Source: an uncultured Verrucomicrobiales bacterium (GTDB lineage Bacteria > Verrucomicrobiota > Verrucomicrobiia > Verrucomicrobiales > Akkermansiaceae). From it: DNA of 64,000 bases. The stretch covers positions 944 through 64,943 of the forward strand of contig CAYNLE010000004.1 of NCBI GenBank assembly GCA_964397975.1, written 5' to 3'. Position 1 is the first letter of the stretch. Each line of letters opens with the position of its first letter. Below the pieces are notes generated by a model. It worked only from the letters and a program-made list of their open reading frames with translations. It was not told where the DNA came from and searched no databases. The position numbers were made by a program, and so were the translations under genes. Below are positions 10,634 through 20,533 of this stretch, one piece after another.

Positions 10634-11161
10634 CTATCTCCTTAAAGAGGTAGCAAACTGCATAAATCGCTCTTTCTCTGCCGCTACATCCGCAGAAGAA
10701 CCAATCATCTTAATAGTTATTAAGTCACCACCAAAGTCAACAATGGCACCTAGCAGCCCTGCATTTTCTTTAGGCAACTTCCCCATACCACCAGCGAATG
10801 TTCCGCTAGCTTCTATAAGAACGCCTTTTTGACCAAGAATATCAACGGTATTAAGCCCCTCCAACGTCGGAACCTCAGCTTTACCGTACTGCTTATACCA
10901 GCGGTTAGCATTTTCAAGCACGCTACCTCTAGCATTACTAATATATACCTCACCATCTTTACCAAAGCGGTAGTTAAACGCGCGGAACTGAGTCCCTGGC
11001 ACCTGACGCCACTCGGGAGGCATGATCGGTGTCAGCGCAACTCGCGGCTCATCATAGACGGTTAATTCACGCTTTTTAGTTATTTCAACCGGCTCAGTCG
11101 ATTCCTTACAGGAAACTAGCCCTAAAAGGATCAGAGGTAAACATAACATGCGCGCAGTCAT
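10634..11161 (-). CDS. Lipoprotein of unknown function heading the ccs operon
   Basis: Lipobox LGLVS|C; PPEWRQ..FR and NANRWYKQ motifs; same strand and upstream of resB-ccsA. Confidence 0.8.
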   Translation of the reverse strand: MTARMLCLPLILLGLVSCKESTEPVEITKKRELTVYDEPRVALTPIMPPEWRQVPGTQFRAFNYRFGKDGEVYISNARGSVLENANRWYKQYGKAEVPTLEGLNTVDILGQKGVLIEASGTFAGGMGKLPKENAGLLGAIVDFGGDLITIKMIGSSADVAAEKERFMQFATSLRR

Positions 11162-11167
11162 GAGCTG

Positions 11168-11196
11168 GACATACCCCCGTTATAATAGTCGTGCAA
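11168..11196 (-). promoter_or_regulatory. Sigma70-like promoter, leaderless configuration (ccs operon)
   Basis: TTGCAC-N17-TATGTC-N6-ATG(11161). Confidence 0.5.
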
Positions 11197-11298
11197 GTGG
11201 AATTGGCTCTTATAAAGCTTATAAGCAAAGCATATCTTAAGAAGCGCTATTTCGCGCTTTCAATCCACAGGAAACATCCACATATTCAGCCCATACTT

Positions 11299-12339
11299 AT
11301 GACTTCAAGAGAACGTTTCCTAGCCTCCATCCGCCGTGAACCTACTGACCAGACCCCTCTCTGGGTCATGAGGCAAGCCGGCCGCTACCTCCCTGAATAC
11401 CGTGCACTAAAGCAAAAATACAGTTTTACGGAAATGGTAAAGTCACCTGAGCTAGCCACTGAGGTTACACTACAGCCACTGAAACGCTTCCCTCTCGACG
11501 CAGCTATTATATTTTCCGACATCCTCATCATCCCAGAAGCTCTAGGTCAACCATATCACTTCAGAGAAGGCGGCGGCATAGGAATGGACTACCTACTAGA
11601 CACTCCCGCTAAAATCGACGCGCTAGATGCATCAGACATAGAGGAAAAGCTAGCCTATCTACCAGCGGCACTACGCATGACACGCCAAGAGATAGGTGAA
11701 GACAAAACCTTACTTGGCTTCGGTGGTTCACCGTGGACACTCGCAGCCTATATGACTGAAGGCGGCTCACTTAAGGACCTTGCAGCATTAAAATCGATGT
11801 TTTACTCCGAACCTAAAACCTTCGAAAAACTTATGACTAAGATCACAAACTCAGTCATCGACCTTTTTAAAATGAAGATAGCTGCAGGTGTCGATGCTCT
11901 ACAGATCTTCGACTCAGCTGGTGCATTCTGCCCTGCATCACAATACGAAGCGATGTCGCTCAAATGGATCAAACGCATCATCGCAGCCCTACCTAAAGAC
12001 TTCCCAGTGATCATTTTTGCTAAAGGCATGGCTCACCAACAAGAAGCTTTAACAAAAACAGGAGCTAGCGTTCTCAGCATCGACTGGACGATCGACCTAC
12101 CTAGCTACTACGACAAGCTCCCTGAAAACATCGCAGTGCAGGGTAATCTCGACCCCCTCATCCTATCCTCAAATGGTGACATTGTAGAAAAAGAAACTCT
12201 CAGACTACTCAGAGGAATGAAGGGAAGACATGGCCATATTCTCAACTTAGGACACGGTATCCTCCCCTCTGCAAAACCTGAAAACATGCAAATCCTCTGT
12301 GAAACTGTCGCTGCATACGGCAACGGATCAGTAGATTAA
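11299..12339 (+). CDS. hemE: Uroporphyrinogen decarboxylase
   Basis: PLWVMRQAGRYLPEY, DAAIIFSDIL, GFGGSPWTLAAY, LQIFDS, VQGNLDP, NLGHGI. Start set at ATG 11299; the ORF-track extension overlaps the divergent promoter. Confidence 0.97.
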   Translation: MTSRERFLASIRREPTDQTPLWVMRQAGRYLPEYRALKQKYSFTEMVKSPELATEVTLQPLKRFPLDAAIIFSDILIIPEALGQPYHFREGGGIGMDYLLDTPAKIDALDASDIEEKLAYLPAALRMTRQEIGEDKTLLGFGGSPWTLAAYMTEGGSLKDLAALKSMFYSEPKTFEKLMTKITNSVIDLFKMKIAAGVDALQIFDSAGAFCPASQYEAMSLKWIKRIIAALPKDFPVIIFAKGMAHQQEALTKTGASVLSIDWTIDLPSYYDKLPENIAVQGNLDPLILSSNGDIVEKETLRLLRGMKGRHGHILNLGHGILPSAKPENMQILCETVAAYGNGSVD

Positions 12340-12421
12340 ACATATCTTGAACAACTAAAATACCTATAGGTAGGCGTATTTTTTTCATTTTACACTTACC
12401 ACGGCATAACAATCTGTTTAT

Positions 12422-14857
12422 ATGTCGCTAACCAATTTTATGGAAAAGCTCTTTTTTTCAAACACTAGGCAAATTACACGCACAAGTATCTTGTGCGCGG
12501 CCTCACTATGCGCCCCTGTATTATGCAGCTATCTTCAAGCACAAGAAGGTTCTACATCAAGCGTTATCCAGAAAGAACTTAACCGAAGAATTAGTAATAC
12601 TAAAGAAGCTCAAGAGTTACTCATCGTTGGAGATCAGGCTTATAAAGCTGAAAACTACAAAGAATCTGTAGACGCCTACCAAAAAGCTTTCAATCTACTT
12701 CCGAAAGGAGCTGCTACTCAAGAACTGCGTAACGAAACTGCCGAACGCTATGCAACGGCAGCAGTTGAATACAGCCGCAGGCTTAACAGATTTGGTAAAT
12801 ACGAAGAATCAAGAACGTTACTCGACGCCGTTTTAAACCCAAATGTGGCACCAGCACACCTCGGGGCGATCAAAATGCTCGAAAAACTAGACGATCCTAT
12901 TCGTTACAATCCATCTCTCACAGACGAACACGTCGACGATATCGTAAAAGTAGCTCGGTCACTACGTATCGCACAGGGTTATCACCAAATCGGTGACTAC
13001 GATAAAGCGCTAGCCTCTTATACTAAAGTATTACAAATCGACCGCTTCAACACAGCTGCTAGACGTGGCATGGAACAAGTTAACCAGGCTCAGTCTGACT
13101 ACGCTAGAAGCGCTAGAGATCACACCAGAGCTGAAATGCTGCAGCAAGTAGACTCTCAGTGGGAACTTTCACCAAACGCTACATTACCTGCAAACACGAT
13201 CACACCAGAGTTCATTGATAGCACTCAAGACGCCCCTATTTTAAAAGAAAAACTATCGGGTATCATCCTAGAGAACGTTCAGTTAAATGACGTAAATATC
13301 GAAGAAGCTGTTGATTATGTAAAACTTCAAAGCCGTTTAGCTGACACCATCAACCTTGCTGGAGAGCAAGATGGCGTCAACATTATCCTCAACCTGGGCA
13401 ACATTGACGAAAGCATAGCTGATAAAATCAGAAATACCCCCATCAATATTCAGGCTAATAATTTACCTCTCGCTGTATTATTAGACTACATCACTGACCA
13501 GTCAGGCACACAGTGGAAAACTGACGGTATCAGCGTCATCGTTACCGCTAGCGGAAGCGCTGACAACACGTTGACCAGAAGGACTTACACCGTTCCACCG
13601 AACTTCCTTACCCACTCAAGCTCAGGCTCAAGCGACGGCATTTTTGATCAAGATGATGATGGTGGGTCTGAGGGAAAGTTAGCAAAAAAAGTTACCGCTA
13701 AAGATTTGCTTAAACAAAATGGAGTTCAATTCCCTGAAGGTGCTTCAGCAAGCTATTTCCCATCCAATAGTAGCCTCACCGTATTCAACACCTCAAACAA
13801 TCTGGACATAGTAGACCAATACGTTTCTGCGATTTCTAAAGACTCACCTACTATGATCGTAACTAAGGCCACGATCATACGTATAAGTGAAGAGGACCTG
13901 AAAGAACTAAGCTTCGACTGGCTACTTAGCCCTGCTGGATTTGGGTCATCGGTAGTCGGACTAACAGGGGGTAGCATAGGTAGTGGAATTGGTATCAGTG
14001 AAAGCGATAACGCCCCTCTAACTACCGGCCTAAGAAGCGGTGATTCAGCCCGCCCCATCGACGCGTTAGATACATTTCTTAACTCTGAAAACTCTGGCTT
14101 TGCAACGACACAACAACGAGCCCCTAGCATATTTAAATTAACGGGAGTTTACACCGGCGCACAGATCGAACTCATCATGCGTGGCTTAAACCAAAGTACA
14201 GGCACCGATATTATGACTCAGCAGTCAGTTATTTCACGTAGTGGTGAGCGTGCTACTATAGAGTCTGTAAGAGAGCTTATCTACCCGACCGAATACGAAC
14301 CACCTGAAATAGCCGATACTGGAACGGATGATGACGATGATGACGATATAATCATCATAAATCCAGGGCCACCTATCACAGCTGTCACCCCGTCACACCC
14401 GACAGCCTTCGAAACACGTAAAGTAGGTGTCACTCTCGAAGTAGAAGCAGCTTCAGATGCTAACAAACAATATATTGATCTGTCTATTAAACCTGAACTC
14501 GTAGAGTTTGAAGGGTTTGTCAACTATGGCTCACCGATCAATGGCAATACTCTCGATATCCCAAGCGGTACAGTTAATGAAATAACACCCAACGACATAC
14601 TTCTGCCTATCTTTAATACCATCACCACTCAAAACACTAACATAACCATCCAAGATGGAGCTACAATAGTGATCGGTGGTTTACTTCAAAGTAACAAAAC
14701 AAAAGTAGAAGATAAAGTCCCTATACTTGGCGATATCCCTTTTGCTGGCCGACTGTTTCGGTCAGACTCAGACTTTACGTCTAATGAAGCCGTCATCATT
14801 ATGGTGAACTGTGAAATTGTCGATCCATCTGGTAAAAAACCATGGAAAAATCAATAA
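12422..14857 (+). CDS. Outer-membrane secretin (Amuc_1098/PilQ/GspD-like) with N-terminal TPR-like region
   Basis: Signal peptide; TPR-like helices; SYFPSNSSLTVFNT N3-type domain; C-terminal ITIQDGATIVIGGL..KVEDKVPILGDIPFAGRLFRS secretin signature. Confidence 0.9.
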   Translation: MSLTNFMEKLFFSNTRQITRTSILCAASLCAPVLCSYLQAQEGSTSSVIQKELNRRISNTKEAQELLIVGDQAYKAENYKESVDAYQKAFNLLPKGAATQELRNETAERYATAAVEYSRRLNRFGKYEESRTLLDAVLNPNVAPAHLGAIKMLEKLDDPIRYNPSLTDEHVDDIVKVARSLRIAQGYHQIGDYDKALASYTKVLQIDRFNTAARRGMEQVNQAQSDYARSARDHTRAEMLQQVDSQWELSPNATLPANTITPEFIDSTQDAPILKEKLSGIILENVQLNDVNIEEAVDYVKLQSRLADTINLAGEQDGVNIILNLGNIDESIADKIRNTPINIQANNLPLAVLLDYITDQSGTQWKTDGISVIVTASGSADNTLTRRTYTVPPNFLTHSSSGSSDGIFDQDDDGGSEGKLAKKVTAKDLLKQNGVQFPEGASASYFPSNSSLTVFNTSNNLDIVDQYVSAISKDSPTMIVTKATIIRISEEDLKELSFDWLLSPAGFGSSVVGLTGGSIGSGIGISESDNAPLTTGLRSGDSARPIDALDTFLNSENSGFATTQQRAPSIFKLTGVYTGAQIELIMRGLNQSTGTDIMTQQSVISRSGERATIESVRELIYPTEYEPPEIADTGTDDDDDDDIIIINPGPPITAVTPSHPTAFETRKVGVTLEVEAASDANKQYIDLSIKPELVEFEGFVNYGSPINGNTLDIPSGTVNEITPNDILLPIFNTITTQNTNITIQDGATIVIGGLLQSNKTKVEDKVPILGDIPFAGRLFRSDSDFTSNEAVIIMVNCEIVDPSGKKPWKNQ
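14327..14347 (+). repeat. GAY x7 trinucleotide tract encoding poly-Asp within the secretin
   Basis: gat gat gac gat gat gac gat. Confidence 0.8.
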
Positions 14858-14923
14858 GCAGTCTACTTTATTCATAGATTATATCTATATTAGATACCTT
14901 TAGCTCCCCCTAAATATAAAATC

Positions 14924-16381
14924 GTGAATCATTCAGACCCAAAAAATGCATCAGCTAATGACATCAACCTTGATGAAGGTGAGCTAATCACAAAGGAGGA
15001 CGGGACTCAGGTTATCAAAGTTCGGAAGCGCAAACGTAGATCTAAGCAACCGCGCAAAAAAACTGACCTCCCCAAAATGGATCCGCTCATTAAATGGGCT
15101 ATTATTACGATCCTAGTCGGTGCTGTAGTGACAGTAGGTGGAGGAACCTTACTTATTATAACTAAGTATAATGGCGCTCAGTTCAAACAATCAACTGAAT
15201 CAAACCTCACCTCTAGTACAGGAGCTAAATCTGCCACCATATCAACACTAAAGATTACGCCTGTTGGAGCTAAGGCAAAAAAAGTTGTATTTGAATGGGA
15301 CGAAGACTCCTTTTTCCATCGTGCTGAATTTAAGAGCCTCACAGCTCACATTAACGTAACCAGCTTCGTTTCAAATCAGTGGAGTGGTGACGACTTAGCT
15401 GCAACAACAGGAATCATTCAAATCAAAGAACCTACTAACTCATCTGCTGAAAAGGTTCATAATAAAAACCCTAACCTATATAACTACGAATCGGTCAGGT
15501 TACATAACCTCTCCCTGTTTTTCGGAACAGCTAAAGACAGCCCCGCTATCAAAGAGTTTGATGTTCTCATTCGTAAATCTGAATCATCACACAAATACAT
15601 CTTACAAGCTGGTAAGGTAGATTACACAGACTGGCCAAATGTAACCTTAAACTCAGGAATCATGACTCCTGACAAAGACACCTTCAGTCTAGAAGCCATT
15701 CTTATATCAGCAAATAAGAATAACGAAATAACAGTCTCTGGTAACATTCCTAAATCTACAGACAAACCTGTCTCCATCGAGCTAAAGAGTGAATCATACC
15801 CTATACAAGAAATACTCAATGAGGGCATGAGTAAAATGCTTAGAGGCCCCATCACATTTGATAGCGCCACCCTAACGTATAATTACAACAAACCTGAAAA
15901 GGACAAACTTCAGCTCACTATCCCCTTTACCTCGAACGAGCTACAAATGACTCGCTTCCCTATGTTCAGGTATTTAAAAGACTTCACTGCTGACTCAGTT
16001 TATATCCAACCAAACTTTAACCGCTGCAGCGGAACAATTATCCGCAAACGACAATCTACAGAAATAAGAAACCTCAGCTTTATAAGTGATACTCTCCTTA
16101 CTATCAGTGGAGATTTATATGTAGCAGCTGATGGTAAAATGAAAGGATCCTTAAAACTTAAATTACCACGCCAGTTATTTAAAAATAAAAAGCCTGCAAA
16201 CTTCACCGACACTGAAGACGGCTTTTACAGTGTTGATGTCACCGTAGGCGGTAGCATCTACAATCCTTACGATAACTTCCAGGAACTCATTTCTGAATAT
16301 ATTAGAACTCCTGCCTCTGACCAACAGCAGCCCCAACCGTCAACACCGACAGTACAGGATTTCGAAGCTCTCATCGAGTAA
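14924..16381 (+). CDS. Bitopic membrane protein with beta-rich periplasmic region (AsmA-like, tentative)
   Basis: Basic N-terminal patch KVRKRKRRSK, a single TM (WAIITILVGAVVTVGGGTLL), then alternating beta-strand pattern and ISGDLYV..GKMKGSLKLKL. Confidence 0.6.
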   Translation: MNHSDPKNASANDINLDEGELITKEDGTQVIKVRKRKRRSKQPRKKTDLPKMDPLIKWAIITILVGAVVTVGGGTLLIITKYNGAQFKQSTESNLTSSTGAKSATISTLKITPVGAKAKKVVFEWDEDSFFHRAEFKSLTAHINVTSFVSNQWSGDDLAATTGIIQIKEPTNSSAEKVHNKNPNLYNYESVRLHNLSLFFGTAKDSPAIKEFDVLIRKSESSHKYILQAGKVDYTDWPNVTLNSGIMTPDKDTFSLEAILISANKNNEITVSGNIPKSTDKPVSIELKSESYPIQEILNEGMSKMLRGPITFDSATLTYNYNKPEKDKLQLTIPFTSNELQMTRFPMFRYLKDFTADSVYIQPNFNRCSGTIIRKRQSTEIRNLSFISDTLLTISGDLYVAADGKMKGSLKLKLPRQLFKNKKPANFTDTEDGFYSVDVTVGGSIYNPYDNFQELISEYIRTPASDQQQPQPSTPTVQDFEALIE

Positions 16382-16491
16382 CACGCCCCGGTTTTTCAAC
16401 AGGGTTTCTCTCTCAATATGAAAGCTCTTGCGTAGTAATATTAATCGATCAAGGGGTTGTTATCTTATAGAAAAGTGCTTCAATACTACAT

Positions 16492-17571
16492 ATGACAGAA
16501 GCGAATAAGTCTTTTCTTTTTGAGCTATTAAAAACCCCTAGCCCGACGGGCTTTGAAATGGAGGGGCAGCGTGTATGGGCTAAACAAATTAAACAATATG
16601 CTGACCATGTAGAATGTGACAGCTATGGCTCCACCTGGGCTACCCTTGAATCAAAAGAAAACAACAAGTCTATCATGCTTGCCGCTCACGCAGACGAGAT
16701 CGGCTATATGGTAAAATATATTAACAAAGACGGTTTTCTCTACATTGACCGTGTAGGTGGCAGCGACGCCGCCACAGGCCGAGGACGAAAGTTAGATATA
16801 TTAGGTAATAAAGGCGTTATTACTGGAGTCATTGGAAACACAGCTATCCACCTAAGAAGAAACTCACAAGGTAACGAAAAAGCACCTGCTGTGCACCAGC
16901 TCTGGGTTGATATAGGTGCCTCTAGCATCAAAGAGGTTCAACAAATGGGAATTCGTGTAGGCCATGTAGCTGTTTACCAAGATGAACCTACGGAGCTCGC
17001 TAATAAAAAAGTTGTGAGCCGCGCACTCGATAACCGCGTAGGTAGCTTCATCATCGCAGAAGTGATGAAGCGTATTTCTGAAGAACAATCTCTCAAATCA
17101 CACTCGCTTATTTGCTTAAATACTGTGCAGGAGGAAATAGGCGGTGCTGGTGCAAGAATGGCCACTCACCGACTTATGCCTTCTCTCTGTATATGTCTAG
17201 ATGTCACTCATGCCACTGATACGCCTGGTTTAGAACCATCTCAACATGGTGAAGTAAAGCTGGGGCAAGGACCCACTGTAACTCACGGTACAGCTAACCA
17301 CCCTCTTATTGTAAAGCGGCTAATAGAAGTCGCTGAGAATAAAAAAATCCCACTACAGCATGAGGCCTCTAGCCGCTTTACAGGAACTGACACGGATAAA
17401 ATCTATGATGTTCAGAATGGTATCCCTAGCGCGCTCGTCTCCCTACCTCTACGCTGTATGCACAGTGTTGTCGAAACAGCACACTGGGATGATATCCACC
17501 ACACCGTCGACCTTTTAGCTGCATTCATTAGTGAACTAAAAAATGATGACACCTTTCATCATACTCTTTAA
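16492..17571 (+). CDS. M42 family metallopeptidase
   Basis: PSPTGFE, MLAAHADEIG, SRALDNRVG, VQEEIG, LDVTHATD, TGTDTD, LPLRCMHSVVE. Confidence 0.95.
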   Translation: MTEANKSFLFELLKTPSPTGFEMEGQRVWAKQIKQYADHVECDSYGSTWATLESKENNKSIMLAAHADEIGYMVKYINKDGFLYIDRVGGSDAATGRGRKLDILGNKGVITGVIGNTAIHLRRNSQGNEKAPAVHQLWVDIGASSIKEVQQMGIRVGHVAVYQDEPTELANKKVVSRALDNRVGSFIIAEVMKRISEEQSLKSHSLICLNTVQEEIGGAGARMATHRLMPSLCICLDVTHATDTPGLEPSQHGEVKLGQGPTVTHGTANHPLIVKRLIEVAENKKIPLQHEASSRFTGTDTDKIYDVQNGIPSALVSLPLRCMHSVVETAHWDDIHHTVDLLAAFISELKNDDTFHHTL

Positions 17572-17590
17572 AAGAAAACCTAACAAAGCT

Positions 17591-19549
17591 GTGAAACTTA
17601 CATCTTCAAAACTGTTACTCTGTATCTTAATAGGCACGCTCACTCCTATTAAAATACTTGCTGATATAAACAGTGCAGCTCTATCTTATGTTGAGAAACT
17701 ATCGTCTAATAAGATCGAACTCGAAAAGGATGTAACCCTATCAGAGAACTGCTCACACCAGAGGATTGATTACATTAAAAAGCGGCTTCAAGCCATCTCA
17801 CAAAACAAATTTCAAGATGGAGACTCTTTTGAGTATATCGATAGCAAAAGAAACGGTGATTATGCCGCTGTTATTATTAGATCTGTAAATCCAAGCCAGC
17901 CACTAACCGCTAACTTTTACGGTATCGCTTTACTCCATATCAATAATGTATGGCTACCGGCCCCCTTACCTGGTTCATTCACTAATTCTGGGTATGGGTA
18001 TATACCAGAAACTGAACAAAGCATTCATTTACTAGAAAACTGGATCAAAGAAACTACATCTTCACTCAACAGTGAATATAGAACTTCGGCTAATAACAAA
18101 TTAAGAGCCAAACTGCTAGCAACGGAAAAAGATATACCTCTAAAAAACGTTACTCCAGAACAAGTTATCACTCAGTTCATACAGCACTGCCAAAACAGAG
18201 ATACGCTAAAAGCCCTCTACATGCTAGGCGCTTCAAAAACAAAAGGGCAATCTGAGCTATTAGAACTAACAAAAATAATCACCAAAGGATTAAGTGAACA
18301 TAACGACTCAGCTCTCTGGTCTATAATCACTAACAAAAATAATATCCTTCAGACCATTGAAGGCGATAAAAACGATTCAGTCATCAGCCTTGGCTTTTTC
18401 GACCCTATAGAGGGAGGGAGAATTAATGTTATTCAATTCCCGTATTTCACATCAGATTACTCCACTTACGCTGTTTTACCTAAAGTATTTCATAACGCTT
18501 TATCCATAGACCCTAAAAAATCAGAACAAGCCAATCATTACTCTCTCAATAGAAGTTTCAACAATCAAGTCATCCCCGCCATACTCAAAGGTCTATCTCC
18601 GGATAACAACAACTCAGCTGAAGACGCTCTAAGTAGCTTCAACCAAGCCCTAGCAAACAGTAACTTTAAAAAACTCATCAAATTACTACCGAGAGAGGGT
18701 GAATATTTTGAAAAAGAGTCAAACCTTAACAATACGGTTACAGCACTAAGCACACTATGGAAAAAGCTAAACCAATATAACCCAGAGCTTTTACAAGCAG
18801 CTCCATTAATAAAATCTGAACATTTAGCTCTTTGTAGACTCAGCCTTAAAAACAACAAATTTGATATCTGGTTTCACAAAGATGACCAAGGCTGGCACAT
18901 TCTCCCTTCTTCGGTATTATCAAAAATTAGTAAATCTAAACTAACGAAAGAAAAAACAGCACTCTTAAAAGAAGTTGAAAAACAAAATCAAGATTTGATT
19001 GAACAGGAACAAAAGAATCTGTTAGCTAGTATTAAACAAGTTGAAATCTTTAATAATCAACAAGCTATTGATAAAGAAACCGCTATTAAACAAGTTCAAG
19101 AAATCCGTGATTTGTTGCGTAAAAAAGATCTATTAAGCGCTCTAAAAATATCTGCAGTTATGGATAAGTCCGAAACAAAGCAAGTCATGAAAAACCTAAC
19201 CTATGCTATGCGAGGTGTAGACAACCAGATTCATGACGACCTTATCTTAGGCTGTAACTCTTTTAAGAATATACAAGCCGTCTCTATCCGAACTCAGGCG
19301 AAGCTCGGAGAAATCTATGACTACCCTCTCTATTTAGTCATCAACACTGAGCAAGGGCCCATGATTTTATTAGATGTAGATTTACGTTATGAAATCAATA
19401 AAGGGCGCGAATTACTTAACGGCAGAACATGGAATAAACTTAAAAAAACAATCGATGCCCCTTCTGTAACAAGTCTTAAAAAACTAATGGAGGAACATAA
19501 TAAACTCGTATCGAATGACATCATCGAAATTAAAAAGATGAAGAAATAG
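17591..19549 (+). CDS. Large exported hypothetical protein, apparently four tandem helix+sheet (NTF2-like) modules
   Basis: Start set at GTG 17591, giving signal MKLTSSKLLLCILIGTLTPIKILA; repeated pattern of helix (e.g. TPEQVITQFIQHC, SAEDALSSFNQAL) followed by strands ending W/P. Confidence 0.7.
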   Translation: MKLTSSKLLLCILIGTLTPIKILADINSAALSYVEKLSSNKIELEKDVTLSENCSHQRIDYIKKRLQAISQNKFQDGDSFEYIDSKRNGDYAAVIIRSVNPSQPLTANFYGIALLHINNVWLPAPLPGSFTNSGYGYIPETEQSIHLLENWIKETTSSLNSEYRTSANNKLRAKLLATEKDIPLKNVTPEQVITQFIQHCQNRDTLKALYMLGASKTKGQSELLELTKIITKGLSEHNDSALWSIITNKNNILQTIEGDKNDSVISLGFFDPIEGGRINVIQFPYFTSDYSTYAVLPKVFHNALSIDPKKSEQANHYSLNRSFNNQVIPAILKGLSPDNNNSAEDALSSFNQALANSNFKKLIKLLPREGEYFEKESNLNNTVTALSTLWKKLNQYNPELLQAAPLIKSEHLALCRLSLKNNKFDIWFHKDDQGWHILPSSVLSKISKSKLTKEKTALLKEVEKQNQDLIEQEQKNLLASIKQVEIFNNQQAIDKETAIKQVQEIRDLLRKKDLLSALKISAVMDKSETKQVMKNLTYAMRGVDNQIHDDLILGCNSFKNIQAVSIRTQAKLGEIYDYPLYLVINTEQGPMILLDVDLRYEINKGRELLNGRTWNKLKKTIDAPSVTSLKKLMEEHNKLVSNDIIEIKKMKK

Positions 19550-19576
19550 TCATAACCCCTTTCTTAAAAACCTAGC

Positions 19577-20512
19577 ATGACTCCACAGGAAACTTCCCAC
19601 CGCCTCGAACAATCCGTATCTCAAATCATTAAAGGACAGAGTAAAAGTATACGTAATATACTAGCCTGTATGGTCTCAGGCGGTCATGTCTTACTAGAAG
19701 ACAATCCAGGCACCGGAAAAACAACTTTAGCTAAGGCCATTGCTGGATCAATATCTGAATCGCATTTTAATCGAATTCAGTTCACCCCAGACCTCTTACC
19801 TTCTGATATCATTGGTGTATCTATACTGAACCAGCAGACTTCTGAATTTAAGTTTCAACCAGGCCCTATTTTTTCAGATATATTACTAGCAGACGAAATT
19901 AACCGAGCATCACCTCGAACCCAAAGTGCACTACTGGAATCCATGGCAGAAGGGCAAATAACGGTGGACGGAAGTTGCCATACTATGAGCCGTCTCTTCT
20001 TTGTTATCGCTACGCAGAACCCTGTAGAGTTTAGAGGCACCTACCCATTACCAGAGGCTCAGATGGACCGTTTTGCGATGCAATGCTCACTAGGCTATGT
20101 TAGCCCTGAAGAAGAGGTTCAGATACTCTCCACCCAGAACTACGGACATCCTCTTGACCAGCTACAGCCTGTTGTCTCATTAAGCGATGTCACTGCACTA
20201 CAAGAAGCTGTATCAAAGGTTCGTATAAGTAATGAGCTGAAAGGCTACATCGTAGAGCTCTGTCACGCCACTCGTGTGATGGAGGAGGTACAGCTAGCTG
20301 CCAGCCCACGAGCCTCGCTATCACTTATGAAGCTAGCACAAGCTCTATCACTTTTCGAAGATCGCGATTTTGTAACACCTGAAACGATTCAAGCTGCAGC
20401 TAAGGATGTCATAGCGCACCGTATCATCCTCTCTCCTGAAGCTAAACTCAACGGTCATTCGGGTAGATCTATCATTGATGAGATATTACATAAGACACCA
20501 GTTCCTTGCTAA
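19577..20512 (+). CDS. moxR: MoxR family AAA+ ATPase
   Basis: HVLLEDNPGTGKT, RIQFTPDLLPSDIIG, LADEINRASPRTQSALLE, ATQNPVE..GTYPLPEAQMDRF. Confidence 0.96.
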   Translation: MTPQETSHRLEQSVSQIIKGQSKSIRNILACMVSGGHVLLEDNPGTGKTTLAKAIAGSISESHFNRIQFTPDLLPSDIIGVSILNQQTSEFKFQPGPIFSDILLADEINRASPRTQSALLESMAEGQITVDGSCHTMSRLFFVIATQNPVEFRGTYPLPEAQMDRFAMQCSLGYVSPEEEVQILSTQNYGHPLDQLQPVVSLSDVTALQEAVSKVRISNELKGYIVELCHATRVMEEVQLAASPRASLSLMKLAQALSLFEDRDFVTPETIQAAAKDVIAHRIILSPEAKLNGHSGRSIIDEILHKTPVPC

Positions 20513-20533
20513 GTCTCGGCTAATCTACTAGCG

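Noticed and set aside
11191-11298. N-terminal extensions in the ORF track (hemE 11191, nadC 2773, lpxB 26853, gamma-CA 38145, rluA 40386, 17543)
   Set aside because: They lie outside the conserved domains and overlap promoter elements or neighbouring genes
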